A DNA stretch of 64,000 nucleotides from Oscillospiraceae bacterium. Its GTDB lineage: Bacteria > Bacillota > Clostridia > Oscillospirales > Ruminococcaceae. Below, piece after piece: positions 1 through 8,581 of this stretch. The position numbers were made by a program, and so were the translations under genes. Location: the NCBI GenBank assembly GCA_900768245.1, contig CAAGCE010000241.1:7187-71186 (forward strand), in the 5' to 3' direction. Numbering within the stretch: the first letter of the stretch is position 1; every line of letters begins with the position of its first letter. The notes below the pieces were generated by a model, which worked only from the letters and a program-made list of their open reading frames with translations, made no database searches and had not been told where the DNA came from.

Positions 1-388
1 CGGAATAGATTTCGGCAGCAAGATAGCACCGCTTTTTTTGGCAGTATTCATCGGAACGATAATGGGAACATCACTTGGCTTTTTCGTAGGGGCATTCGGA
101 AATATGAAGCAGACAACAAAAACATCACTGCTTACAGGTGTAAGCCTTACTCTTTGTGCATTGAGCGGACTTATGGCAGATTCTCTCCCGAAAATGATAA
201 ACAGATATTGTCCTATAGTAAATAAAATTAATCCCGCAGCCATTCTTACAGATTGCTTTTATGCTCTGAATATTTATGATACATATGAGCGTTTCGGATT
301 TAATCTGATAAAGATCGCAGCATATTCGGCAGTATTTATTGTGTGCGGAATGACTATGCTCAGGAGGAAGAAATATGCAAGTATTTAA
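1..388 (+). CDS. ABC-2-type transporter permease, C-terminal fragment (start lies upstream of window)
   Basis: Open frame from window edge; hydrophobic TM-like segments; immediately followed, with overlap, by a second ABC-2 permease gene. Confidence 0.4.
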   Translation, partial: GIDFGSKIAPLFLAVFIGTIMGTSLGFFVGAFGNMKQTTKTSLLTGVSLTLCALSGLMADSLPKMINRYCPIVNKINPAAILTDCFYALNIYDTYERFGFNLIKIAAYSAVFIVCGMTMLRRKKYASI

Positions 389-1526
389 AACATTCTGGAA
401 AATAGCATTGAAACGTTTTCCGTCAATTTTGATGTATGTGGTTATATATGTTTTTGCGACTGTACTTATCAGCAGCATCATTGGTGCAAATGATGAAAAA
501 AGCTTCAGCGGCTCGTCCATAGATATAAGCATAATGGACAGCGATAATTCGGTGCTCAGCAAAGGACTTACGGAATATATGTCCAAGGGTAATAATGTAG
601 TTGAGCTTGAAAATGATAAGGAAGTAATGCAGGACGCTCTTTTCTTCAGAAATGTGGATTATATTCTTCAGATCCCGGAAGGCTTCGGGGAAAACTTTGT
701 AAACGGCGGAGATAAAGAGCTTACAAATATAAAGATACCGTCAAGCCGAACAGGAACATTTACTGATAATCTTGTTTATGAATATCTTAATACGGTAAGA
801 CTTTATCTTGCAGGCGGTGACAGTATTGAAGAAGCAGCTGCATTGGCAGCGGAAGCCTGTAGCAACGATACGGAAGTGACCGTAGTTGACTTCAATGAAA
901 GCCTTGCATCTGACAGCAGCATATACTATATTTATGCTTATATGCCATATGGTCTGCTTATGATACTTATATGCGGACTTTGCCCGATAATAATCACAAT
1001 GAACAGCGATGAGATAAGCAAAAGAACATTGTGCTCAGCTATAACAAAACGAAATTTCTCAATGCAGATAATATTGGCTGGACTTCTTTACGGTCTTGCT
1101 GTATGGCTTGTTTTTATTGTGATAGGTCTGGTGATGAACGGCAGCGAAATGTTCACATTGCTTGGCTTCAAGTATATGCTCAACAGTATAGCATTTCTTG
1201 CGGTTACAGCAGGAATAGCGGTTTTTCTCAGCGGATTTGAGCTTAAAGTTCCTGTTGTAACGATGCTTGCAAATGTTATCGGACTTGGAATGTGTTTTAT
1301 CTGCGGAATATTTGTACCTCAATGGCTTCTTGGAGAGCAGATAGTCAATATGTCAAAAATTCTTCCTGCCTATTGGTATGTAAAGGCTGTAAATATGCTC
1401 AGCGGAAGCGGAGGAGAGGTCTATACAGCTTATGATTATAATATTTGCATATTGATACAGGTGCTTTTTGCAATACTTCTTTTTGCCTGCAGCTTTGCAG
1501 TATCAAAGAGAAAACAGAGAGCATAA
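375..1526 (+). CDS. ABC-2 family transporter permease (N-terminal TM, large extracytoplasmic loop, C-terminal multi-TM bundle)
   Basis: 383 aa; topology typical of ABC-2/YhgE-like permeases; overlaps upstream permease ORF by 14 nt. Confidence 0.55.
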   Translation: MQVFKTFWKIALKRFPSILMYVVIYVFATVLISSIIGANDEKSFSGSSIDISIMDSDNSVLSKGLTEYMSKGNNVVELENDKEVMQDALFFRNVDYILQIPEGFGENFVNGGDKELTNIKIPSSRTGTFTDNLVYEYLNTVRLYLAGGDSIEEAAALAAEACSNDTEVTVVDFNESLASDSSIYYIYAYMPYGLLMILICGLCPIIITMNSDEISKRTLCSAITKRNFSMQIILAGLLYGLAVWLVFIVIGLVMNGSEMFTLLGFKYMLNSIAFLAVTAGIAVFLSGFELKVPVVTMLANVIGLGMCFICGIFVPQWLLGEQIVNMSKILPAYWYVKAVNMLSGSGGEVYTAYDYNICILIQVLFAILLFACSFAVSKRKQRA

Positions 1527-1536
1527 GATTTGTGAA

Positions 1537-1572
1537 AGCGGTGCTGATATGTGTCAGTACCGCTTTGCTGTT
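1537..1572 (+). terminator. Stem-loop after permease gene (agcggtgctga...tcagtaccgct) with weak U-tract
   Basis: 11-bp imperfect inverted repeat directly after stop codon. Confidence 0.4.
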
Positions 1573-1715
1573 ATGCACAAAAAGACGTGTGCTTAAAACG
1601 TTTTCTGTTTACTCGGTTTAAATTTATTAACAATCAGCATATTTTTCATACTTTAATTAAGAAATACGGTATGATATAATCCATTCTTGTTGATAAAATA
1701 AAGGTGGTATATCAT

Positions 1716-3053
1716 ATGAAGGATCTGACAGTCGGCAAACCCGGAAAACTTATTCTTGCCTTTGCGCTGCCGATAGCTTTGGGAAATATATTTCAGCTCT
1801 GTTACAGCTTTGCGGACGTCTGGATAGTCGGACGTACACTTGGAAACAATGCACTTGCCGCAGTAGGTTCGACCAGTACATTAAATGACCTTATAGTAGG
1901 TTTTCTGCTTGGACTGACGAACGGCTTTGCAGTAATAACGGCGCAGAATTTCGGTGCAAAAAATGAAAGCGGTATGAGAAAATCAGTCGCTCATTCAATA
2001 GGACTTGGGTTTATTATTTCGATAGTTCTTACTTTTTTCAGTGTTGCATTCCTTACCCCCATACTTAACCTGCTCAATATACCTGAGGAGCATTTTGTGA
2101 ATGCCTATGCTTATGCAAGGGTCATTCTTCTCGGTATGACAGCGTCGATGGTATATAATATATGTGCAAGCATCCTCCGTGCAATAGGCGATACGGTCAC
2201 ACCGCTGATATTCCTTATAATTTCAGCAGTTATGAATGTGATCCTTGATTTTGTGCTTATTGCAAATGTCGGAATGGGTGTAGAGGGCGCAGCCTATGCA
2301 ACGGTCATTTCGCAGATAGCGTCAGCGGTGCTTTGTGTGATCTATATGTATATAAAATATCCTGTGCTGCATCTTAAAGGCGAGGATTTTAAACCGTCAA
2401 AGGAAATGATAGGTCATCTTATGAGCTGCGGAATGTCAATGGGACTTATGAACAGCCTTGTTGCATTCGGAACAGTTGCGCTCCAGAGTTCAATAAATAC
2501 ATTCGGCACAAATATCATAGTTGCACATACCGCAGCAAGAAAGCTGACAAGCTTCTTTATGATGCCTTTCGGTGTTCTTGGAATGACAATGGCAGCCTAC
2601 TGCGCACAGAATTACGGTGCTGAAAAATACAGCAGAATACGTCAGGGTGTGTTCAGATCTGTTTTTTACGCTTGGATATGGTGTGCATTTCTTATTGTGC
2701 TGATATATACCTGTGCGCCTGCAATGCTCCGTGCCATAACATCAACAGATGTTGCGGAAATAATAGATACAGCAGCACTTTACCTCAGAATAAACTGTGT
2801 ACTTTATTTTGTAACAGCGGTAATATCCATTTTCAGAAATGCTCTGCAGGGCGTCGGCGAACATCGTACACCTATTATTTCAAGCGGAATAGAGCTTGCG
2901 GGAAAGGTAGCCGTTGTAATGTTCCTTGCACCGAGGATAGGATATATGGGAATAATCCTTTCCGAGCCGATAGTATGGGTGCTTATGGTAATACCTCTTA
3001 TTATCAAGCTTTTGTCCCACCCGGCAATGAAAAAAACAGAAGGTCAGGTATAA
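1716..3053 (+). CDS. MATE family multidrug/oligosaccharidyl-lipid efflux transporter
   Basis: 12-TM protein with N-terminal KxGKLILAFALPIALGNIFQ... pattern typical of MATE; ATG at 1716 has aaggtgg RBS 8 nt upstream (the track's 1704 start is a GTG inside the RBS). Confidence 0.85.
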   Translation: MKDLTVGKPGKLILAFALPIALGNIFQLCYSFADVWIVGRTLGNNALAAVGSTSTLNDLIVGFLLGLTNGFAVITAQNFGAKNESGMRKSVAHSIGLGFIISIVLTFFSVAFLTPILNLLNIPEEHFVNAYAYARVILLGMTASMVYNICASILRAIGDTVTPLIFLIISAVMNVILDFVLIANVGMGVEGAAYATVISQIASAVLCVIYMYIKYPVLHLKGEDFKPSKEMIGHLMSCGMSMGLMNSLVAFGTVALQSSINTFGTNIIVAHTAARKLTSFFMMPFGVLGMTMAAYCAQNYGAEKYSRIRQGVFRSVFYAWIWCAFLIVLIYTCAPAMLRAITSTDVAEIIDTAALYLRINCVLYFVTAVISIFRNALQGVGEHRTPIISSGIELAGKVAVVMFLAPRIGYMGIILSEPIVWVLMVIPLIIKLLSHPAMKKTEGQV

Positions 3054-3079
3054 AGAGTTAGTTTTATGCATAAAAATAC

Positions 3080-3108
3080 TTGACAAGCTGTTTAGCGTAT
3101 GCTATAAT
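3080..3108 (+). promoter_or_regulatory. Sigma-A promoter TTGACA-17-TATAAT driving Mn riboswitch/mntP
   Basis: Perfect -35 (3080-3085) and -10 (3103-3108) consensus hexamers with 17-nt spacer. Confidence 0.65.
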
Positions 3109-3111
3109 CAT

Positions 3112-3250
3112 AAAACAATGTTTGGTTCATAAGGGAGTAGTCGGCGCAGACCTTTCTGTGCGGCAAGTCAACATACTGACAAAAAAGTCTGGCTTGCCTT
3201 AATTGACGAGACTTATGTATAGCAATGGCTGTACATAGGCTCCTTTTTAA
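3112..3250 (+). promoter_or_regulatory. yybP-ykoY (Mn2+) riboswitch with terminator expression platform
   Basis: Conserved blocks aAGGGAGUAGuCGG, CAACAUACUGAC and UUGACGAGAcuuaug; followed by hairpin cuuaugua/uacauagg plus cuccUUUUU; sits directly upstream of an MntP gene. Confidence 0.7.
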
Positions 3251-3328
3251 GATCGTGTATGCTTATGTACTGCTTGCAGCGCATAAGCATTTTTTATGTC
3301 TGCAAATAATTGGGAGGATGGACTTAAT

Positions 3329-3907
3329 ATGGGATTTATTGAATTGTTTCTTATCGGCGTCGGACTTTCTATGGATGCATTTGCGGTTTCAGTCTGTAAG
3401 GGGCTGAATATGCGTGGAAAGGTAAACTATAAGCAGGGTGCGGTGATAGCGTTTTTCTTTGGTGCATTTCAGGCAATAATGCCGCTTATAGGTTATCTGC
3501 TCGGTACAGGCTTTGAAAAGTATATCACAAGCATCGACCATTGGATAGCATTTATTCTTCTTGGATTTATCGGCGGAAAAATGGCAATAGAGTCATTTAA
3601 AAAGGACGATGACGAAAAGCCTGAGGGATCGGATAAACTTGATATAAAGGAACTGTTTATGCTTGCCGTTGCAACCAGCATTGACGCACTTGCGGTAGGT
3701 ATCACATTTGCATTCCTTCAGGTAAATATCTGGAGTGCGATCGGAATAATCGGAACAACAACATTTATACTGTCGCTTGTCGGCGTTGTTATCGGCAATA
3801 AATTCGGAAGCAAGTATAAAAGTAAGGCTGAGCTTGCGGGAGGTATCATTCTTGTACTTATCGGCGTAAAAATTCTTCTTGAACATCTTGGCATAATAAA
3901 TTTCTGA
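3329..3907 (+). CDS. mntP: Manganese efflux pump MntP
   Basis: [21 protein letters not shown]... two-repeat MntP/YebN architecture; gggagga RBS 10 nt upstream of ATG at 3329. Confidence 0.85.
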   Translation: MGFIELFLIGVGLSMDAFAVSVCKGLNMRGKVNYKQGAVIAFFFGAFQAIMPLIGYLLGTGFEKYITSIDHWIAFILLGFIGGKMAIESFKKDDDEKPEGSDKLDIKELFMLAVATSIDALAVGITFAFLQVNIWSAIGIIGTTTFILSLVGVVIGNKFGSKYKSKAELAGGIILVLIGVKILLEHLGIINF

Positions 3908-3927
3908 TAAAGCATATATTTTTTGAA

Positions 3928-3962
3928 CAGGCTGCCGCTGCATTGGCGATAGCCTGTTTTTT
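3928..3962 (+). terminator. Rho-independent terminator of mntP (caggct...agcctg + TTTTTT)
   Basis: GC-rich hairpin followed by 6 T. Confidence 0.65.
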
Positions 3963-3990
3963 GTGCGTTGGATTTTGTTTTTGCTTTGTT

Positions 3991-4056
3991 TATTTTTATT
4001 TTTTGGCGGCGGCATTGGGTACGCTGTGAACTGTAAGTTGTCCTGCCGCCGCGGTC
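3991..4056 (+). repeat. Solo copy of palindromic intergenic element family: T-tract + GGCGGCGGCATT - 28 nt - GCCGCCGCGGTC
   Basis: Conserved 12-mers at 4005-4016 and 4045-4056 are shared with two further copies at 16515-16566 (+) and 16612-16663 (-); the spacer is exactly 28 nt in all three. Confidence 0.55.
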
Positions 4057-4202
4057 CGGGCAAGTCAGTACCCAAACTAAAAAACAAGATACTGCCGCCA
4101 AATATATCTTTTATTTATTTAAGATGAATTTCAGAAAAGTGTTTTATTATATGTTCAATGAAAGTTAAATCCGATTAAAATCCGTGAAAGGAACGATGAT
4201 AA

Positions 4203-4949
4203 ATGGCTGAGCTTACATTTAAAAGATATGAGAAAAAATATCTTCTTAACGATGAGCAGTATAAAATGCTCCGTGAAAAAACAGCAGACTTTATGACCGT
4301 GGATAAATACGGTGAACACACCATATGCAATATTTATTATGACACGGAAGACGATGAGCTTATCAGAGCATCAATTGAAAAGCCCAAGTACAAAGAAAAG
4401 CTCAGGCTCAGAAGCTATGGAGTTCCAAAGGAAGATGATACAGTCTTTCTTGAAATAAAAAAGAAATATGACGGTATCGTTTATAAACGCCGTGAACAGA
4501 TAATCTGTTCCGATGCGGAAACACTTATACGCAATGGAAAAATGATAAAATACGACAGTCAGATATTTCGTGAGATAGAGTATTTCCTTACTGTTCATAA
4601 GGTAGTGCCTAAGCTTTATCTCGCCTATGACAGAATAGCAATGTTCGGCACAGAGCAGCCTGAGCTGCGTATTACCTTTGATAAAAACATACGAAGCCGA
4701 CGTGATGACCTTGACCTTACAGCAGGCGACAGAGGAGAAATGCTTTTTGATGATGATATGCATCTTATGGAGCTTAAAGCCCCTGGAGTAATACCTTTAC
4801 GGCTTGTAAGGATACTGTCGGAAATGGAAATATACCCTGTTTCATTTTCAAAGTACGGCAGCGTGTATAAAAAGTCATTGGAAAATCAGAAGCATATTTA
4901 CTTATTAAATTCAGAGAAAACAATATTAAACAGCGCAATTAATTATTGA
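4203..4949 (+). CDS. VTC-domain (polyphosphate polymerase / CYTH-like) protein
   Basis: N-terminal FKRYEKKYLL ExK-type motif typical of CYTH/VTC tunnel domain; 248 aa, soluble; aaaggaacg RBS. Confidence 0.65.
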   Translation: MAELTFKRYEKKYLLNDEQYKMLREKTADFMTVDKYGEHTICNIYYDTEDDELIRASIEKPKYKEKLRLRSYGVPKEDDTVFLEIKKKYDGIVYKRREQIICSDAETLIRNGKMIKYDSQIFREIEYFLTVHKVVPKLYLAYDRIAMFGTEQPELRITFDKNIRSRRDDLDLTAGDRGEMLFDDDMHLMELKAPGVIPLRLVRILSEMEIYPVSFSKYGSVYKKSLENQKHIYLLNSEKTILNSAINY

Positions 4950-4964
4950 TAATGAGATTTTTTT

Positions 4965-5636
4965 ATGTTTACAAGTATTCTTAATTCAGCAGCAGGAAGT
5001 CTTTCGGTATCCGATGCATTGATATGTACAGTAGTTTCGGCAATTATAGGTCTTGTTATTGCTGCGGTGTATCTTTACAGCGGAAAATGTACAAAAAGCT
5101 TTGCGGTGACGATAGTCCTTCTTCCGATAATTACTCAGGTGATTATTATGATGGTAAACGGCAACCTTGGTGCTGGTGTTGCGGTAATGGGTGCTTTCAG
5201 TCTTATAAGATTTCGTTCCGCACCGGGTTCTTCAAAGGAAATAGCCGTTATTTTTCTTGCAATGGCATCAGGACTTGCAACAGGTATGGGATATGTTACA
5301 TTTGCCGCATTGTTTACCGTGATAGTCTGCGGAATATTCCTTGTACTCTGCAAAACGGGCTTTGCGGAAAATACAGCAGAAAAAACGCTCCGTGTGACTA
5401 TACCCGAATCACTTGATTATACAGGTGCATTTGACGATATATTTAATAAGTATACAAAAAAGGTGTCGCTTGATAAGGTCAAAACAACAAACCTCGGCAG
5501 TATGATAGAGCTTTCATATACCATTCTGCTTGCAGATGGATCAAGGGAAAAGGATATGATAGATGAACTTCGCTGCCGAAACGGAAACCTTACAATTATC
5601 TGTGCAAGAGCAATGACAAATAACGATGCTTTGTAA
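4965..5636 (+). CDS. DUF4956-family membrane protein (multi-TM N-terminus + soluble C-terminal domain)
   Basis: Hydrophobic N-terminal half with 3-4 TM segments, then a soluble C-terminal domain; 16 nt after the VTC gene, the canonical genomic partner of DUF4956. Confidence 0.55.
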   Translation: MFTSILNSAAGSLSVSDALICTVVSAIIGLVIAAVYLYSGKCTKSFAVTIVLLPIITQVIIMMVNGNLGAGVAVMGAFSLIRFRSAPGSSKEIAVIFLAMASGLATGMGYVTFAALFTVIVCGIFLVLCKTGFAENTAEKTLRVTIPESLDYTGAFDDIFNKYTKKVSLDKVKTTNLGSMIELSYTILLADGSREKDMIDELRCRNGNLTIICARAMTNNDAL

Positions 5637-5666
5637 TAAAACTTTTTGGAAAGGAAGCAAAAGCTT

Positions 5667-7649
5667 ATGATAAATTTTAAAAAGACAGCAGCTTTTCTGA
5701 CAGCGATAATTTGTGTGATGTCAATGTGTTCCTGCGAAAAGGGGCAGACGGAAAGTGAAGAAACACAGCAGAGCAGCATAACTGTTATGACCGATGCGGA
5801 ACAGGCTAACGATAGTGATGCATCTGATAATGCTATAACAAAAGAAGATAGATATGAAGAAAAAACAGATGATTCGGATAATGAAGAAACTGCTTCTTCC
5901 GATAATTCCGATGAAGAAGTAAGTGCTGTGGAAGAAGCTTTGGTCAAAGCAGAGGAAACAACGGTAACTGCGGCTGAGCAAACCAAAAAGAATGCAGTGA
6001 TCTTTGACGGAAATAAGATAACATATTCTGGTAAAGACGCAAAAATAAACGGCAGTACGATAACCATAACATCATCGGGTACATATTATTTCAGCGGAAG
6101 TCTTTCAGACGGTCAGATAATCGTTGATTCCGACGATGACGGTACAGTAAACCTTGTGCTGAACGGAGTCGATATAACCGGCTCGAACAACGCTCCAATA
6201 TATATTGCAAATGCGGAAGAAACGGTAATTACACTTGCCGACGGCAGCAAAAATATTCTTACAGACGGTTCGACACGTTCAGATGAAGAAATAACAGGTG
6301 CATTATACAGCTCAGACGATCTCACTCTGACAGGCAGCGGCTCGCTGACCGTTACAGCAAACTATAATGACGGTATCGTATGCAAGGATACACTTAAAAT
6401 AATCAGCGGAAGCTATACGGTAAAAAGCGCAGATGACGGAATTATCGGCAAGGACTGCATTATTATAGCAGGCGGCACATTTAATATCAACGCAGAGGGC
6501 GACGGCTTCAAATCCACAAATGACTCCGATACCTCCCTCGGATATATTGCAGTTTCAGACGGTACATTCAACATTACAGCAGGTGCGGACGGTATGCAGG
6601 CTGAAACAAATATCCTTATAGAAAATGGCACATTTACAATAACAACAGACGGCGGAAGTGCAAAAGCTTCAAAGAAGAATGATTTCGGCGGCAGTTCATC
6701 ATCAGAGGATACTTCATCTGCTAAGGGTCTAAAGGCAGGCAGTACAATTACTGTCAAAAACGGCATATTTACTTTTGATACCCTTGACGATTCTGTACAT
6801 TCCGATTTCAAGGTCAATATCTCAGGCGGAACATTTAATATTTCATCCGGTGACGACGGTATCCATTCTGATGAAGTGCTTAATATAAGCGGCGGAAAAA
6901 TAACCGTATCAAATTCATATGAGGGACTTGAAGCGTCGGAGATCACAGTAAGCGGCGGCACAATAGACATAACGGCATCTGACGACGGTATCAATGCAGC
7001 GGGCAAAAATGATGTTGAATCTTTTTTTGATATAGGAAGTTCTTCAAATAACAACATTCTTACGATAAGCGGAGGAATTGTGAAAGTTGATGCCTCGGGT
7101 GACGGACTTGACGCTAATGGTTCTATATATATTACAGGCGGCGAGGTTTTCGTAAACGGTCCTGAAAATGACGGAAATGGAGCATTGGATTATAACAATA
7201 CTTTTGAAATAAGCGGCGGCATTTTAGTATGCGTAGGAAGTTCGGGAATGGCACAGTCACCGTCATCTTATTCAGAGCAGTCATTTGTTGCGACCAATAA
7301 TGTTTCAGGCTCGGCAGGCAGCGTTATAACTGTAAAGGACAGCAGCGGAAATGAGATATACAGCTATACTGCATCAAAAAAATTTGCATCAGTCGTATTT
7401 TCATCATCAAAAATAAAATCGGGAGAAAGCTATACTGTATCGGTTGACGGCAGCAATGATGTCACAGTAACAGCGGGAACAGAGCTTGGCGGCTTTGGTG
7501 GTTTTGGCGGCGGTCCAAGAGGTGATTTTGACGGTGATCCTCCGGATAATAATTTTGGCGGAAATGGTACTCCTCCCGACAACAATTTCGGCGGTAACGG
7601 AACTCCTCCTAATTTCCAAAATAAAAGAAATGACGCAGCTGTACAGTAA
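5667..7649 (+). CDS. Lipoprotein with acidic linker and Cthe_2159-like parallel beta-helix carbohydrate-binding domain, Gly-rich repeat tail
   Basis: Signal peptide with lipobox (VMSMC); D/E/S-rich low-complexity segment; then ~20-25 aa periodic repeats (TLTGSGSLTV, ITAGADGMQA, ISGGTFNI, ISGGKITV...) typical of Cthe_2159 / right-handed beta-helix family; C-terminal GGFGGFGGG and duplicated DNNFGGNGTPP. Confidence 0.6.
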   Translation: MINFKKTAAFLTAIICVMSMCSCEKGQTESEETQQSSITVMTDAEQANDSDASDNAITKEDRYEEKTDDSDNEETASSDNSDEEVSAVEEALVKAEETTVTAAEQTKKNAVIFDGNKITYSGKDAKINGSTITITSSGTYYFSGSLSDGQIIVDSDDDGTVNLVLNGVDITGSNNAPIYIANAEETVITLADGSKNILTDGSTRSDEEITGALYSSDDLTLTGSGSLTVTANYNDGIVCKDTLKIISGSYTVKSADDGIIGKDCIIIAGGTFNINAEGDGFKSTNDSDTSLGYIAVSDGTFNITAGADGMQAETNILIENGTFTITTDGGSAKASKKNDFGGSSSSEDTSSAKGLKAGSTITVKNGIFTFDTLDDSVHSDFKVNISGGTFNISSGDDGIHSDEVLNISGGKITVSNSYEGLEASEITVSGGTIDITASDDGINAAGKNDVESFFDIGSSSNNNILTISGGIVKVDASGDGLDANGSIYITGGEVFVNGPENDGNGALDYNNTFEISGGILVCVGSSGMAQSPSSYSEQSFVATNNVSGSAGSVITVKDSSGNEIYSYTASKKFASVVFSSSKIKSGESYTVSVDGSNDVTVTAGTELGGFGGFGGGPRGDFDGDPPDNNFGGNGTPPDNNFGGNGTPPNFQNKRNDAAVQ

Positions 7650-7663
7650 TAAATAAATCATAA

Positions 7664-7708
7664 GGCAATATCTGCACGATATATGTGCGGTACTGCCTTT
7701 ATTTTTTT
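7664..7708 (+). terminator. Imperfect hairpin + T-rich tract after beta-helix lipoprotein gene
   Basis: ggcaatatctgcac...gtgcggtactgcc followed by tttatttttttt. Confidence 0.45.
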
Positions 7709-7787
7709 GCAAGCATTTAAATGACAAAATATACCATATGATAGGTGCTACAATAAGCACAAATAAAAAAGAGGAGAGGATATAAAA

Positions 7788-8093
7788 ATGCCCGTTATCA
7801 TTGATACGGATAACAATACCGTTGTTGCACATCTTCAGGGAGAAATAGATCATCATATTGCGCCTGAGCTGCGTAAAGACATTGACCTTGCAATAGACAG
7901 ATACCGTCCCGAGATACTTGTTCTGGATTTTGATGAGGTAACGTTTATGGACAGCTCAGGCATAGGTCTTGTTATGGGCAGATATAAAGCTGTTAAAGCG
8001 TTTGGCGGACGTGTCGAAGTAAAGAATACTTCCTCTCAGCTGAAAAAAGTTATGAAGCTTGCAGGTCTGGACAGGCTTGCTTCAATAGAATAG
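7788..8093 (+). CDS. spoIIAA: Anti-sigma F factor antagonist SpoIIAA (STAS domain)
   Basis: 101 aa STAS protein with phosphorylatable Ser in FMDSSGIG context; first gene of spoIIA operon; strong gaggagagga RBS. Confidence 0.85.
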   Translation: MPVIIDTDNNTVVAHLQGEIDHHIAPELRKDIDLAIDRYRPEILVLDFDEVTFMDSSGIGLVMGRYKAVKAFGGRVEVKNTSSQLKKVMKLAGLDRLASIE

Positions 8094-8111
8094 CAAAAGG
8101 GTGGTAATGCA

Positions 8112-8561
8112 ATGAAAATTCTCAATGAAGTTAAAATATCGTTTATGTCGGAAAGCCGTAATGAAAGCCTTGCAAGAATGTGCATCACATCATTTGTATC
8201 TCAGCTTGATCCGTCTGTAAGTGAGCTTGCGGAAATAAAAACAGCGGTTTCGGAAGCTGTGACAAATTGTGTTGTACACGGCTATCGGGGAAGAAAGGGA
8301 AAAATAGAGCTTCTTGCAAGATACAGCGATGACAACACGGTAACAATAAGAGTAACAGACCACGGCTGCGGAATAGCTGATATAGAACAGGCTATGGAAC
8401 CCCTTTATACATCTGCTCCCGAAGAGGAACGGGCAGGTCTTGGTTTTGCTGTAATGGAATCATTTATGGACAAGGTAACAGTAAAAAGCAAGGTCGGAAA
8501 GGGAACAGCTGTTACTATGAAACGAAAGCTAATATCGGAAAAGGAAACTGTACATAAGTAA
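8112..8561 (+). CDS. spoIIAB: Anti-sigma F factor / serine kinase SpoIIAB
   Basis: HATPase_c kinase (AVSEAVTNCVVHGY, DHGCGI, GLGF) between spoIIAA and a sigF-like sigma factor. Confidence 0.9.
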   Translation: MKILNEVKISFMSESRNESLARMCITSFVSQLDPSVSELAEIKTAVSEAVTNCVVHGYRGRKGKIELLARYSDDNTVTIRVTDHGCGIADIEQAMEPLYTSAPEEERAGLGFAVMESFMDKVTVKSKVGKGTAVTMKRKLISEKETVHK

Positions 8562-8581
8562 CTGAAAGGAATAGCTTTGAA

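Noticed and set aside
38-388. Treating 38..388 as an independent complete 116-aa gene
   Set aside because: The reading frame is open to the window edge and the product looks like the C-terminal TM bundle of a permease; more likely a truncated view of a longer upstream gene.
3225-3407. 60-aa ORF ([23 protein letters not shown]...) upstream of mntP and the longer 3296 start for mntP
   Set aside because: Lies within the Mn riboswitch/terminator and leader; the MntP-conserved N-terminus begins at MGFIELF (3329), which has a proper RBS.
5417-7057. Minus-strand ORFs (216 aa, 214 aa, 86 aa) overlapping the beta-helix lipoprotein gene
   Set aside because: Antisense to a gene with clear signal peptide and domain repeats; Ser/Leu-rich artefactual translations.
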